Shown piece by piece: positions 12,805 to 23,493 of a DNA stretch of 64,000 nucleotides. Origin of the DNA: Mantamonas sphyraenae STR306 (taxonomy: Eukaryota > Protista > CRuMs). The position numbers were made by a program, and so were the translations under genes. Below the pieces are notes generated by a model. That model searched no databases. It saw only the letters and a list, made by a program, of their open reading frames with translations, and was not told the origin of the DNA. How positions within the stretch are numbered: position 1 is the stretch's first letter; each line of letters begins with the position of its first letter. The stretch covers positions 186,001 through 250,000 of the forward strand of contig JAPMXV010000020.1 in NCBI GenBank assembly GCA_026936335.1. Direction: 5' to 3'.

Positions 12805-13321
12805 GGAACGTATGGAACTGCTGGAGTTGACGCCGCGCGGCAACATCTCGGACTCGATGAAGAAGCAGATGGTGGCTGAGCGTCAGCGACGAGGAGAGTT
12901 TATCCGCTCGGAGGGTGCCAAGAGCGCCATGCGTCTGACGGCCGAAGGAAACAAGATGGTGTCTGTGAACATGGGTCTTGCCGAGCAAGAGGCGACCAAG
13001 AAGCGCTCGGAGGGCGAGGCTGGTGCCAAGATCGAGCTTGCCCAGGCCGAGTCGAACGCGCTGGAAACGGTGGCCCAGGCCCTGAAGACGGACGGAACGG
13101 CCCAGTCGCAGTACATGCTGTCGCAGCGTTACCTGGACATGTTCCGCTCCATGAACGCCAACGTGGATAACAAGAACATCTACCTGCCGTACGAGGTGTT
13201 TAACATCTCCGGCCTGGTCGGCACGCTGCCCGATTCGTTCGGCCTCAACTCGAGCTTCTCTGCCGCAGGAGTGCCCGAGAACGCTGGTGGTGATGACGAT
13301 GAGTTTGACGATCTGTCGTAA
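11659..13321 (+). CDS. SPFH/Band 7 stomatin-like (paraslipin/QmcA-type) protein; multi-exon
   Basis: An N-terminal TM is followed by 'IVHQAEGMVIERFGKFQRVLKSGLNWITPFVD', 'RIDLRESV', 'TKDTVLVTVNALMYYRIFD' and 'MKKQMVAERQRR'. Confidence 0.9.
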
Positions 13322-13432
13322 GGAGGGTCTGACCCTGAGATGATGAAACACTGGAATTTGGGACCAGAGAGTGCTGAATTCATTGTCTTGGACGTTCCTT
13401 CCGTCGTTGTCGCCTTCCAGCGTCGTCTTTGG

Positions 13433-14942
13433 TCACCCTCTGTCCATGCTCGAGTTGATGGCGTCGAGAATGCCGACAATGGGAGACGGCGTGTCGCCGT
13501 GTTGATCGTTCTTGCCGTCGTTGGTTTCCTTCGACGCGTCGTCCGAGTCCTCCGAGTCCTCCGAGTCCTCCGTTAGCTGCCGGTGGGGTACAGGCACAAT
13601 CAAAATGCGAGTCGGGGGTGTTTCTGCGCCACGGCCTTCGCCATCCTCCTCCGACGTGTCGGTGGTCCACGACGGTGTGTCGGAACGCAGGGTATTTACA
13701 ACAAGCCGCTGCGTTGCGATGCGTGCGGCAGCAGAGGAAGACGAGGAGGATGAGGAGGAGGATGACGACGGCACCGCGTCGACGTCGCTATCGCTAGTAC
13801 TGCTCTGGTCGAGCAGAAGCTGCTCGGCATCTGCGCTGGCAATGGTGGCATACTCCTCCTGGGCGCCTATGTACAGGGAGAGGTCCTCAAGAAGAAGAGG
13901 TTTGTGCACACCGAGGAGGGAGGCATGTGCGAGGTGGAGCAGGTTGGGCAGGGTGGCGTTGACACGTTCAACAGTGACCCCAAAGCGGGTGCACAGATAA
14001 TACACGTTCTGGTTGAGCAGCATGACGGCACGCTCGGCCTCGTCACGAGTACATGTTTCAAAGTGAAGGGGGAGCCGAGTGTGTGATAAGGGCTGCAGAA
14101 TAGACGAGGCCGAGCCAGCATGGCGCAACGGGTAGGGCAGGAGAACATCCAGGTACCGGCCCAACAGCTGTGTGAGACGCACGAGATAGCCCATGGCTGT
14201 GGAGATGAGCTCAACGGGCTCGAGCGTGTGAAGGCCTCCTGCGTCTGGAAGGTGAAGGTTGAGGATGCGGCAGCTGTCCTCGTCGTGGGTGTTGGAACGA
14301 GCGTGGCGCACAAGGAAGAGCCGCATCAGGTTCTGGACGTGGTATCTGCGCAACAGAGCCACTTGGTGGTTGATGCGTGCACTGTGGATGGCCAAAGTGC
14401 GCAGCTGGGCTGGAAACGAGACATCCAACTGCCTCTGCCGGCGATCCAACAGGGCTCGTGTGCGCGCCAGCTTCTCCCGCTGCTCGTCGTTGTGTTTCCG
14501 CAGCAGCCACACCGCTTCTCGATCTGTGGGCCACCCGAGGGCACGAGGTATGGCATCGAGACACGTGTCAGCTGCGTGGGAAAGAGAAATGGGACACAGA
14601 TGCACCGGAGGGCGGAGCCAAAGGCAGGCGGCCGAAAACGGAGGGTGGAGATTCCGGACCTTCAATCAAGGCGTCGAGTTTGTCGGTGATGAGTGAGACC
14701 AGGTGCTGTTTGCGCGCGCGAGCAGCTCGTCGCATGGCGGACTGGTGTTTGGCGCGCAGCTTGAGGTGCATGAGGTCATGGACGAGGTTGTGGACGTGCT
14801 GGGCGTCTGCGGTGGCCTGTTCGAGGCGTGCCTTGCGTGGTGCCACCACACGGCTGGCCACGCACTCGGGACAGGAAAAGTAGGGACTCTTCCTTCGACA
14901 GGCCACGCAGACGTAGGAACCAGACGGAATGTGGACCTTGAT
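13433..14942 (-). CDS. ATG14/UVRAG (Vps38)-like PI3K complex subunit; one intron; start codon uncertain
   Basis: Has N-terminal CxxC-x7-CxxC ('CVACRRKSPYFSCPEC'), a coiled coil, and 'ISTAMGYLVRLTQLLGRYLDVLLPYPL...GSASSI...AVMLLNQNV...TLPNL'. Confidence 0.78.
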
Positions 14943-14989
14943 GGTGCCGGAACGCGAGCGGGTTGCTTTGGCTGCGGCGACGCAGGCAG

Positions 14990-16768
14990 ATGGACCGCAT
15001 TCGAGTGGACGTGCTGGACAGCTCTGTGCATGAGCTGACAGGCAGACACGGCGCGTGTGTGGCCTTGTGTGGTGGCGGACGAGTGGTGTTGGGCATGGGA
15101 AGCGATGGCGCAGGACGGTTGTTGGACTCGTGGGTGGAGCTGAGTCAGGACAGCAGCCGCAGCAGCAGCAACAGCAGAGGCGGAGGCGGACATGGAAGCA
15201 GCGGCGATGATGATGATGACGATGGAGGGTATGGAAGCAAGCGCATGACAGTGCGTACGTTGGCCAGAAGTGCTCGTGGGAGGGTGCACGCCGGAGCAGC
15301 GTTGGTGGAGGAGCGGTGGCTCGTCGTGTTTGGGGGCATGGACAGTGCCAATGAACCACTGGGCGACCTGGCCATCCTGGACACAGAAGGTGGCCAATGG
15401 CTGGAGTTGCACAAAGAGTGGATGGTGCACAACAACGTCAGCTTCTCGGCACACCAGGAGCAGTACCTGCGCGACGACGGGTCGCCGTGTCCTCGTATGG
15501 GTCACGCCATGGTTTCCAGCCAGCACGAGGCGGCATTGTACATAAGCGGAGGCAGCACAGGCGTGCAAAGGATGGATGTGTGTCTGGACGACCTGTGGCG
15601 GCTGGCGAAAGGCGACTCGGGTTGGCACTGGCAAAAGATCACCGCCGTGCGAGGGCAGCCGCCACAGGCACGGTGCCACCATGCCATGTGCCTCTCTCAG
15701 GGCATCCCAAAGGCCATGGCTATGTTGTTGGACATGGACACACGATACACGGGCGACGGGACCGTGGTGTTTGTGCACGGCGGACGTCTCCACCACTCGG
15801 GCAAGGCCCAGGGCGATTTGCACATGTACCACAGGTCCACGGGCCAATGGGTGAATGTGGGTATTCATGCGCGCAACAAGGAAGCAGCCCCGCCTGCATT
15901 GGCCGGCCATTGCATGTGGTTGGCCGAGTCGCCCGCACGACTCGTGCTCTGGGGAGGCCAACAGGCCAATCAGGAGATCAACGATGGCTTCTTTGTGTTG
16001 GATCTGGCCACACTCGTGTGGCAGGACGATGTGCAAGTGGAACAGGGGGATGCACGTGGAATGTTGCGTCTGCCAGGCCTGAGTCACGCGGCAACGGCTC
16101 AGGCTCCTGGCGGGTCGTGGGCGCTTGTGTTTGGTGGCCAGGACAGCAAGCGAGCAACACGTGCTTTGATGGCTGTGGTGCACATGGAACACTCAGGCAA
16201 CGGGGGCAGCGACATGGAGGAGGAAAACGACTGGACTCGAGATGCAAAGGACGAAGCAGACACGCAGTCCTGGGATGCATTTGCAGGTGGGACGCAGACG
16301 ACATCACTACTGACACACACAAGCACAGGACGGGGACATGCGTCGTGGTCAACGCAAACGAGAGACAACGAGTCGATGCTGGTGAAACATCTGTGCGAAC
16401 AGCTGGACAGCAAACATGAACAGCTGATGCGCACTCGAGCAGACCTGTCTCGCATCCTCCAGAGCAAACAGGCACTCGTCGACTCTGTGGGCGATCTGCG
16501 TCGCAGACTCAGCGAGCGTGTGCAACAGGTGGGGCGTCTCAAGGCTGAGCTGGAGGGTGGAGGTGCAGCCATCGACGCCTCGGTGTCTCCTTGGATGCGT
16601 CGCAGGCATGCACCGCCTCCACTCGACGACGACAGGCCTGTTTTCGCATCCAAGGCTGTTCAAACAGAACCCCTGCGTCACCCATGGGTCGACTGGATGC
16701 CAAGTTTACTTCTGGTCGCTGTGGTGGCGTTGCTGCTTCTGCTGCTCTTTCGTGCAGGGGGAAGGTGA
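14990..16768 (+). CDS. Kelch-repeat protein with coiled coil and C-terminal TM anchor
   Basis: Repeated 'R.GH...VFGG/HGG...DLW' kelch motifs are followed by a coiled coil and the hydrophobic tail 'LLLVAVVALLLLLLF'. Confidence 0.8.
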   Translation: MDRIRVDVLDSSVHELTGRHGACVALCGGGRVVLGMGSDGAGRLLDSWVELSQDSSRSSSNSRGGGGHGSSGDDDDDDGGYGSKRMTVRTLARSARGRVHAGAALVEERWLVVFGGMDSANEPLGDLAILDTEGGQWLELHKEWMVHNNVSFSAHQEQYLRDDGSPCPRMGHAMVSSQHEAALYISGGSTGVQRMDVCLDDLWRLAKGDSGWHWQKITAVRGQPPQARCHHAMCLSQGIPKAMAMLLDMDTRYTGDGTVVFVHGGRLHHSGKAQGDLHMYHRSTGQWVNVGIHARNKEAAPPALAGHCMWLAESPARLVLWGGQQANQEINDGFFVLDLATLVWQDDVQVEQGDARGMLRLPGLSHAATAQAPGGSWALVFGGQDSKRATRALMAVVHMEHSGNGGSDMEEENDWTRDAKDEADTQSWDAFAGGTQTTSLLTHTSTGRGHASWSTQTRDNESMLVKHLCEQLDSKHEQLMRTRADLSRILQSKQALVDSVGDLRRRLSERVQQVGRLKAELEGGGAAIDASVSPWMRRRHAPPPLDDDRPVFASKAVQTEPLRHPWVDWMPSLLLVAVVALLLLLLFRAGGR

Positions 16769-16823
16769 ATTGAAATGAGAATGGATTGGTTGATTCGGTG
16801 TTGGTTGGTTGACGCTCAGACGC

Positions 16824-18343
16824 TTACAAACCGGTGATCCCCTTGAGCTTCTTGAGGTCGTCGATCTGCTGCTCGAGGGCTTCGACGTCGGCAATGAGCT
16901 GCTCGCGCTCCTCCAGGTCGAGGCCGTTGCTGTCGTAAAGCTTGTGGGCACGGCGGTGCTGCACAACCTCGCGGAAATTTTCGTAGCCGTACTCACGCTT
17001 GCTCATGGTGAAGTACCAGTAGCCGACGAGGGCGGAACCGGTGCCGATGAAGTACGTGATAGGTTCCATGATATCCCAGGAGAACTCCCACCAGGTGAGG
17101 CGGGCCAGGAAGCCAAACTCGACGCCCAGGAAGGCAAGGCCACCCCACATGACGCGGTTGGAGTAACTTGCAGCCTGTGTGTCCAGGTCCAGCTTGAGCT
17201 TGTTCAGTGGCTCGAGCTCGCCGTGCTTCTCTTCCAGCGCTGTGTACAACTGCTCGAGCTTGGCGTCCGAGTGGTGGCCCTTGATGTCCATGGCCTCCAT
17301 GGCGGCGTCAATGACCAGCTGGGGCTTGAGCACGACTGTGTTGGCCAACAGCGGGTCCTTGGAGTCCGGGAAGTGCATGATCAGACCCAGGTGGTGGAGG
17401 TAGCGTGCCACACGGCGGGCTTCGATCTGATCGACGCCCTCATCACTGGCAATGGTCAAAAACTCGTCCAGGGAGATCTGCTGGCGCGGATCGCCAATGA
17501 CACGCTGGCGAAGGCGGTTGATGTCCACGCGTGCCAGCACGCCCTTGAGGCCCGGGATGTCGTCCACGTTGGTGGCCGAGTCCCACGTTGACGGCGGCAC
17601 CACACGCACCGTCTCGCCGTCGATGTTGACGTTGAAGTCCGTGTGCAGCAGGTGGCGTACGGGCGTGCGCAGCGAAATCAGCGCGTCGTTGTTGTCCGTC
17701 ACGCTCACGTTCTGGATGCCCTTGGTTTGTGCTGTGGCATCGAGGAAGGCCGTGGGAGAGGGGATCGTGTCAGAGGGTGTGTGGCGGGTTGCATGCACGT
17801 TGCTCGTTCCGCCGGCGCGACGGTTGACGTCGGGAGGGTTTCCTTACACAGCATCTCCTGCACAAAGTGCTCCACCTCGCTGTCGCGATCCAGAAAGAAG
17901 ACGCGATCCTGGCCGTTGAGACCCAAGGTGAGTTTGCCCACGCCGTTGACGTCTTCCATTTGCACGACTCGGATGGCTGTGTGTGTGTGTGTGTGGAGGG
18001 AGAGACGCGCGCGGACGAGAGGGCGCCAAGAGGGCCCCGTTGCGCGAGACAAGAAGGCTGCGTCAGCTTGGGCACAAAGGCAGAAGGCGGGCGGCACAGG
18101 GTGGCCCTGGGTGCATATGTACACGATTGCCTGTGGTAGAAAGGGAGGTGGCATGGAGCAGAGGGCGGCTTGGATGGCAAAGGGACGGCGTGTGGGGTGG
18201 GTTTGTGTGCTGAGCGTACCTTTGCCCGACGGCTTGTCCTTGTCAGAAGCAGCGAGTGTGGGGCCCGTGTGCAGGCATCGCTGGACATGTGCGCCAGACA
18301 CCCAAGCGGTGGGGCGTGCGTGTTTGGTGGCTCGCACAAACAT
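16824..18343 (-). CDS. MCU: Mitochondrial calcium uniporter pore subunit; multi-exon
   Basis: Two TM helices flank the selectivity filter 'WWEFSWDIMEPITYF', with coiled coils on either side. The N-terminus from ATG 18343 (MFVRATKHAR) is presequence-like. Confidence 0.95.
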
Positions 18344-18443
18344 TCGCTTTGGGAGGGTGCGGAGTGGGTGCCACAGCGCCGACGGGGGCAAAACCCTTCG
18401 CTCTGCTCTCGGAATGCGAGTCATTCAGTTGCAATCGACAGAA

Positions 18444-21400
18444 ATGGACACGGCCGAAGACCCGTACTACGTGGATGCCGTGTGGGAGACAGAGGGATCG
18501 GTGGCGCAGGGCGGTATCGCCATGACCTCGGCTGGCTCCACAGCAAGCGCAAGCCGCGGGTCGTCGCCGAGCCCGGGCCACCACTCGCCCAACCCGGCCA
18601 GCAATGACTCGGTGCACGGTGGCGACTCGGCCAGGGTGTCTCTGGATGACAAGATGTTGCGCTCCAATCACAGTGCCCTCGACTTTGCCGGCTCCTGGGT
18701 GCGTGAGTCGACACTCGCGCGCAAGTTGTTCCTCTGGTGGTACCACATCACACTCAACCCCATGCTGCGCGGCAGTGAGACCTTTGTCAGCGAGCGCATC
18801 CGCCTGTGCAACTCGCTCAACCTCACCCTCTTTCTCATCAACATGCTTCTGTGGCTGGCGTTCATGTACGTTGTCCCGCACGCCCACGCGCTCCTCGCCA
18901 GACGTCCAGCACTTTCTTCTATTTCCGCAACTTTCCACAAGCCACTTTCGCTGCACCGTGCACGTCACCACCTGCCCATCGCCACGTGCGCACTCCCACT
19001 GCACCCAGGCACACCTTGTTTGCACACACTCACACACTCCTGCTTCCATGTGCACACACAATCTGGGCAGCCCACTGTCTCAGGGCTGGTCTCCAGGAAG
19101 AATCACTTGGCTTCTCTACTCCCTGGCCTCCGGAGTTGCGTTTCTCGTCGGCCGCACGCGCCACTGGCACCGTGGCGTCATGCTGTACCTGATTTTCATC
19201 GGAGCCATGATCCTCGTGCTGCTGGCGCTGCCCAACACGGCCATCAACATTCCACAGCAGTTCCTCTTTCTGCTCCTGCCTGTGGTGATCAGCTCGCTTG
19301 TACTGTCGGCGACCGAGATGGCTTACATGCTCATGTGCTTTCTGTTTCTGGCGCTGCTGTTGCCGCTGGTCAACACGTCGCTGAACTATGGCACGCTGAC
19401 GAGCTCGCTGGTGTTCCTCGGGTTGCACTTTCTCATCAGCGTCTCCAAGGTCACCAACTATCAACGTGAAATCACCACCATGCGTAACGCGGCCATGGTG
19501 CTGCGCAAGTCGGAGAAGCGCTACCGGTCGCTGTTCACGGCAACGTTTGAGGGAGTGGCGATCTTTGACCAAGGTGGACTGCTGCTGGACGCCAACCCGC
19601 GCTTTCTGGACATGTTTGGACACACGATGGAGAATGTGCTGGGCAAACACATCTCGTTCATTCTGCCCACCAACAATCACAGCATGCACAAGCTGACCAG
19701 CGTGTTTGCAAGCCACGGCTCCCTCGAGGGGTACGCCAAGCACAGCGACGGCTCCAAAATCGCGGTGGAGATGTTTTGCAAGCGTCATTCGTACGAAAAT
19801 GTCAGCCACGCCTACGTGGTGGCTGTGCGTGACGTGAGCGCACAGCGCATGGCCACGAAAAAGTCGGCCGAAAGCGAAAGCAAAACCAACTTTCTGGCCA
19901 TGGCCTCACACGAGCTGCGCAACCCTCTGAACGTCGTATACGGCTTTGCGGAGAAGCTGATGGCGGCGCGAGAGGAGCTGCCGCCACGCTTCCGCGATCT
20001 GGTGCGCTTGATGAGCGAGGAGGCTCGCAGTTTGCGGCAGCTGATCGACGACCTCATCGACTTGGCGCGCATCGAGAGCAACCGGGTGGAGTTTCACAAT
20101 GAGCCCTTCTCCGTGCGCAAGCTCATCTACGACCTGCTGGAGGTGCAGAGCGTCCACTGGAAGGCAAAGAGTCTGCGTGTCATCCCCACCGTCAACGTAC
20201 CGGAGCTGGTGCTGGGCGACTCGCATCGTGTGGCACAGGTGCTGCGCAATCTGGTGTCCAACGCGATCAAGTTTACGCAGGCGCGGGGCCTGCTGAGCGT
20301 GAGTGCAACGATGGCGCCGGACGAACTTCGTACGCCCAACGGCCTGGTGCAGTCGCGTGGCATGTTGCACTTTGTCATTGCCGATGGAGGCAAGGGCATT
20401 GCCACCAATGAGGTGTCGCAGCTGTTCCAGCTGTTTTCGCAGGCAGAGAGTGGTCAAAAGCAGGCCGGCAGCGGGCTGGGTTTGTACATATGCAAGCATC
20501 TGGTCGAACAGATGGGCGGGCAGATCTGGGTGCGCTCGAAGCTGAATGTGGGCACGACGTTCAGCTTTGTGCTGCCGCTCAAGGTGATTGAGGAGAACGA
20601 CGGACGATACACGCGGTTGTCGAGCTTGCCCTCTGGCCTGGACCACTTGCTGCCCGAGTCCCTGGAAGACAGCGAAGGCACGCTGGCACAGTCTGTGCTC
20701 AGTGCCCAGGCGGAGCATCAGCGCAGCAGAGACACGAGCCAGTTGCATCCGATCCTTGTGGCAGAAGACTTGGTGAACAACCGCACCGTGCTGTCCATCT
20801 TGCTGGAAGACATGCCGTACGACATCACCTACGCCATCGACGGCTACGAGGCGGTGGAAACGGTCAAGGCCAACCCGAACAAGTTCAAGGTCATCCTGAT
20901 GGACGTGGGCATGCCGCGCATGGACGGCTACCAGGCCACCAAGGTGATTCGTGCGTGGGAACAGCAGACCAACGGCAAGCGACACCCCATTGTGTTTTGC
21001 ACTGCGCATGCCTCCAAGGCACACATCCAGGAGGCCGAAGCAGCAGGTGGCGATGGGTACGTCACCAAACCCATCGACATCAAGGACCTGCTGGCTGTAC
21101 TGGAGAAGCACTGTGGGGAAGCTGAAGAGGTGGAGGTGCAGGACGACAAGGGCAAGGGCAAGGGCAAAGTGAATGCTCCCGGTGGTGGGCTGAGTTCTGG
21201 CAACGATCACACGGCGGACACGCAGCAGGCCGAGGTGGAAGAGGTGGAAGTTGTGGTGGTGGATGGTGGTGCAGAGGAGGGCATGTTGGAGGGCACGTTG
21301 ATATTGGCAGAGGGGGAGGAGGACGAAGAGGAGGAAGAGGCGGATGAGGAGGAGGAGGAGGACGCAATTGTGGCGTGGGTGCCACCAAAGATGCTCAATT

Positions 21401-21732
21401 TTGCGCCTGTGTTTCTGGACAGCATCAAATCGGAAATCAAAAAGTTCCACAAGCAGGCAAAGAAGGTGCCTGTGGACAATGTGGTGGCCTCGACGCCCGA
21501 GGAGGAGGACACAGAGGAAACGGCTGCACAACGAAAGGTGCTGAACAAACTGAAAAAGATGGGCCACGGGTGGAAGGGCAGTGGCAAGACAGTGGGCATG
21601 CCCGAGGTGACAACGTACGGCAAGGCTGTGGAGGATGCGGGCAAAGAGTACGACCTGGCCGGGATGCTCTCCTGGGTGGAGAAGCTGGAATACTATGTGG
21701 AGCATGTGCAGATACGGGAGCAAAGGAGTTGA
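18444..21732 (+). CDS. Hybrid sensor histidine kinase: multi-TM, PAS, HisKA, HATPase, REC, HPt; intron 18866-19083
   Basis: H-box 'ASHELRNPL', N-box 'NLVSNAIKFT', G-boxes 'DGGKGI' and 'GSGLGL', receiver 'LMDVGMPRMDG...TKP' and HPt 'GHGWKGSG..VG' are all present. Confidence 0.92.
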
Positions 21733-21797
21733 GAGGATCAGGGAAGGGGGTGGGTACAGGGTTGAGTCGACGAATGAATGGTGTGCGAGCGTCCGCG

Positions 21798-23363
21798 ATG
21801 ACGTCAACACGAGAATTTTTTGCGTGGATGGCCATCGACCGCACAGAGGTGCTGGAGCACCTGAAGCACCTGTTCACGATTGCGTGGCCGGTGATTGTGG
21901 GATTCTTTTGCCAAAACATGCTGATGATCCTGGGCATCATGTTTGTGGGCCACCTCGGGGCAACGGAGTTGGCCGGGATTGCCCTGGGCTCCTTCTTCAC
22001 GAATGTCACGGGCTTTGCGACGTCGAGCGGCATGCTAACAGCTCTGGACACGCTTGCGGCACAGGCGATGGGATTGAAACAGATGAAGCTGGTCGGAGTG
22101 CTGCTGCAGCGCATGCTGGTGATCCAAGCCGGCATGTGGGTTCTGATTTCCATCATCTGGCTGAACACAGAGAGCATCCTGTTGGCTCTGGGTCAGGACC
22201 CTGAGGTCTGTGTGTATGCAGGACAGTTTGCGTCTGTGTCTGTGCTTGCGCTGCCGTTCTTCATGCTGTACGAGTGCGTCCGTCGATACCTGTCCGCGCA
22301 AGAGATTACCAAGCCGGCATTCTACGTGACGCTTGCAGCAGTGCCGTTTTGTGCGCTGTACAACTGGCTTTTGGTGAGTGTGCTTGGACTGGGCTTTGTG
22401 GGCAGCCCCGTGGCCCTTGTGCTTGTGTATGCGCAGCTTGCGTTGTCGCTTGTGGCGTACTGCAAGTGGCAGGGACTTCACACAGCGACGTGGGGAGGGT
22501 GGACACGTGCGGCACTGTCTGGTCTGAAACCAATGATCAAGCTGGGCAGCTTTGGTGTGCTGCAACTGAGTGCAGAGTGGTGGGCGTTTGAAATCAACGC
22601 AATCTTTGCGGGTCTGCTGGGCACGGTGGAGTTGGCGTCGCAGAGTGTGATCATGACGAGCACGGCGCTGTTGTTCATGGTTCCTTTGGGCATCTCGGTG
22701 GCAGTGTCGGTGGTGGTGGGCAATTTCCTGGGCAGCGGCCAGGTGCGCAAAGCAAAGGTGGTCAGCGCGGTGGCGACGGGAGTGACTGCCGCGTGCATGA
22801 TGGTGCAGGGTCTGCTGTTGTTTGCCCTGCGCGATGTGTGGGGTTGGATCTTTAGCAACGACCAGCGGGTGGTGCTGATGGTGGCGCACGTGCTGCCTGT
22901 GCTGTGCCTGTTTACGACTCTGGACGGCCTGCAGGGCACAATGAGCGGTGTGCTGCGAGGCTCGGGACGCCAAAACATCGGTGGGTATTTTAACCTGTTT
23001 TCCTACTGGATGGTGTCGTTGCCGCTGGGCCAGGTGCTCGTCTTTGTGACGAATCCAGAGCTGGGGATTATGGGGTTCTGGATCTCGCTCAGCGTGGGCC
23101 TTTTGATCAATTGCACGTTGCTGGGCACGGCGCTGTACCGCACAGACTGGGACAAGGAGAGCGAAAAGGCAGTGGCGCGCGTGGAGGAGCAGGAAGAGGC
23201 AGCAGAGGCGGCCGGGGCGGTGGGGCTGGACTCGATTTCCCTGCGCGAACACGAAGGTGGTGACAGTGACGAGGAGGGGGGAGAGGAGGGAGAGGAGGGA
23301 GAGAAGGGAGAGGAGGGAGAGGAGGGAGAGAAGGGAGAGGGAGAGAAAGACGAGACGGTGTGA
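21798..23363 (+). CDS. MATE-family efflux transporter
   Basis: About 12 TMs, with 'MFVGHLGATELAGIALG', 'ALDTLAAQAMG', 'AEWWAFE' and 'GVLRGSGRQNIG'. Confidence 0.93.
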   Translation: MTSTREFFAWMAIDRTEVLEHLKHLFTIAWPVIVGFFCQNMLMILGIMFVGHLGATELAGIALGSFFTNVTGFATSSGMLTALDTLAAQAMGLKQMKLVGVLLQRMLVIQAGMWVLISIIWLNTESILLALGQDPEVCVYAGQFASVSVLALPFFMLYECVRRYLSAQEITKPAFYVTLAAVPFCALYNWLLVSVLGLGFVGSPVALVLVYAQLALSLVAYCKWQGLHTATWGGWTRAALSGLKPMIKLGSFGVLQLSAEWWAFEINAIFAGLLGTVELASQSVIMTSTALLFMVPLGISVAVSVVVGNFLGSGQVRKAKVVSAVATGVTAACMMVQGLLLFALRDVWGWIFSNDQRVVLMVAHVLPVLCLFTTLDGLQGTMSGVLRGSGRQNIGGYFNLFSYWMVSLPLGQVLVFVTNPELGIMGFWISLSVGLLINCTLLGTALYRTDWDKESEKAVARVEEQEEAAEAAGAVGLDSISLREHEGGDSDEEGGEEGEEGEKGEEGEEGEKGEGEKDETV

Positions 23364-23457
23364 GGTGGTGGGGTGAGGAGGGAGAGGAGGGAGAGGAGGG
23401 AGAGGAGGGAGAGAAGGGAGAGAAGGGAGAGGGAGAGAAAGACGAGACGGTGTGAGG
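23275..23457 (+). repeat. Purine-only 9-bp repeat (GGAGAGGAG/GGAGAGAAG) with a local duplication of the MATE 3' end
   Basis: 'gagggagagaaagacgagacggtgtgagg' occurs twice (~23337 and ~23429), each preceded by the 9-mer array. Confidence 0.85.
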
Positions 23458-23493
23458 GGGTGGGGTGTGTTTTCAATGTGCTGTTCATTGGCT

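Noticed and set aside
13260-13321. Acidic C-terminus (DDDEFDDLS) as a possible EMRE between MICU1 and MCU
   Set aside because: It is the in-frame end of the SPFH protein, not a separate small single-TM gene.
18444-21732. Bacterial contamination or chimeric assembly explaining the HK and PrsW genes
   Set aside because: Both genes contain spliceosomal introns, carry the local AATGAA 3' motif and are interleaved with eukaryotic genes.
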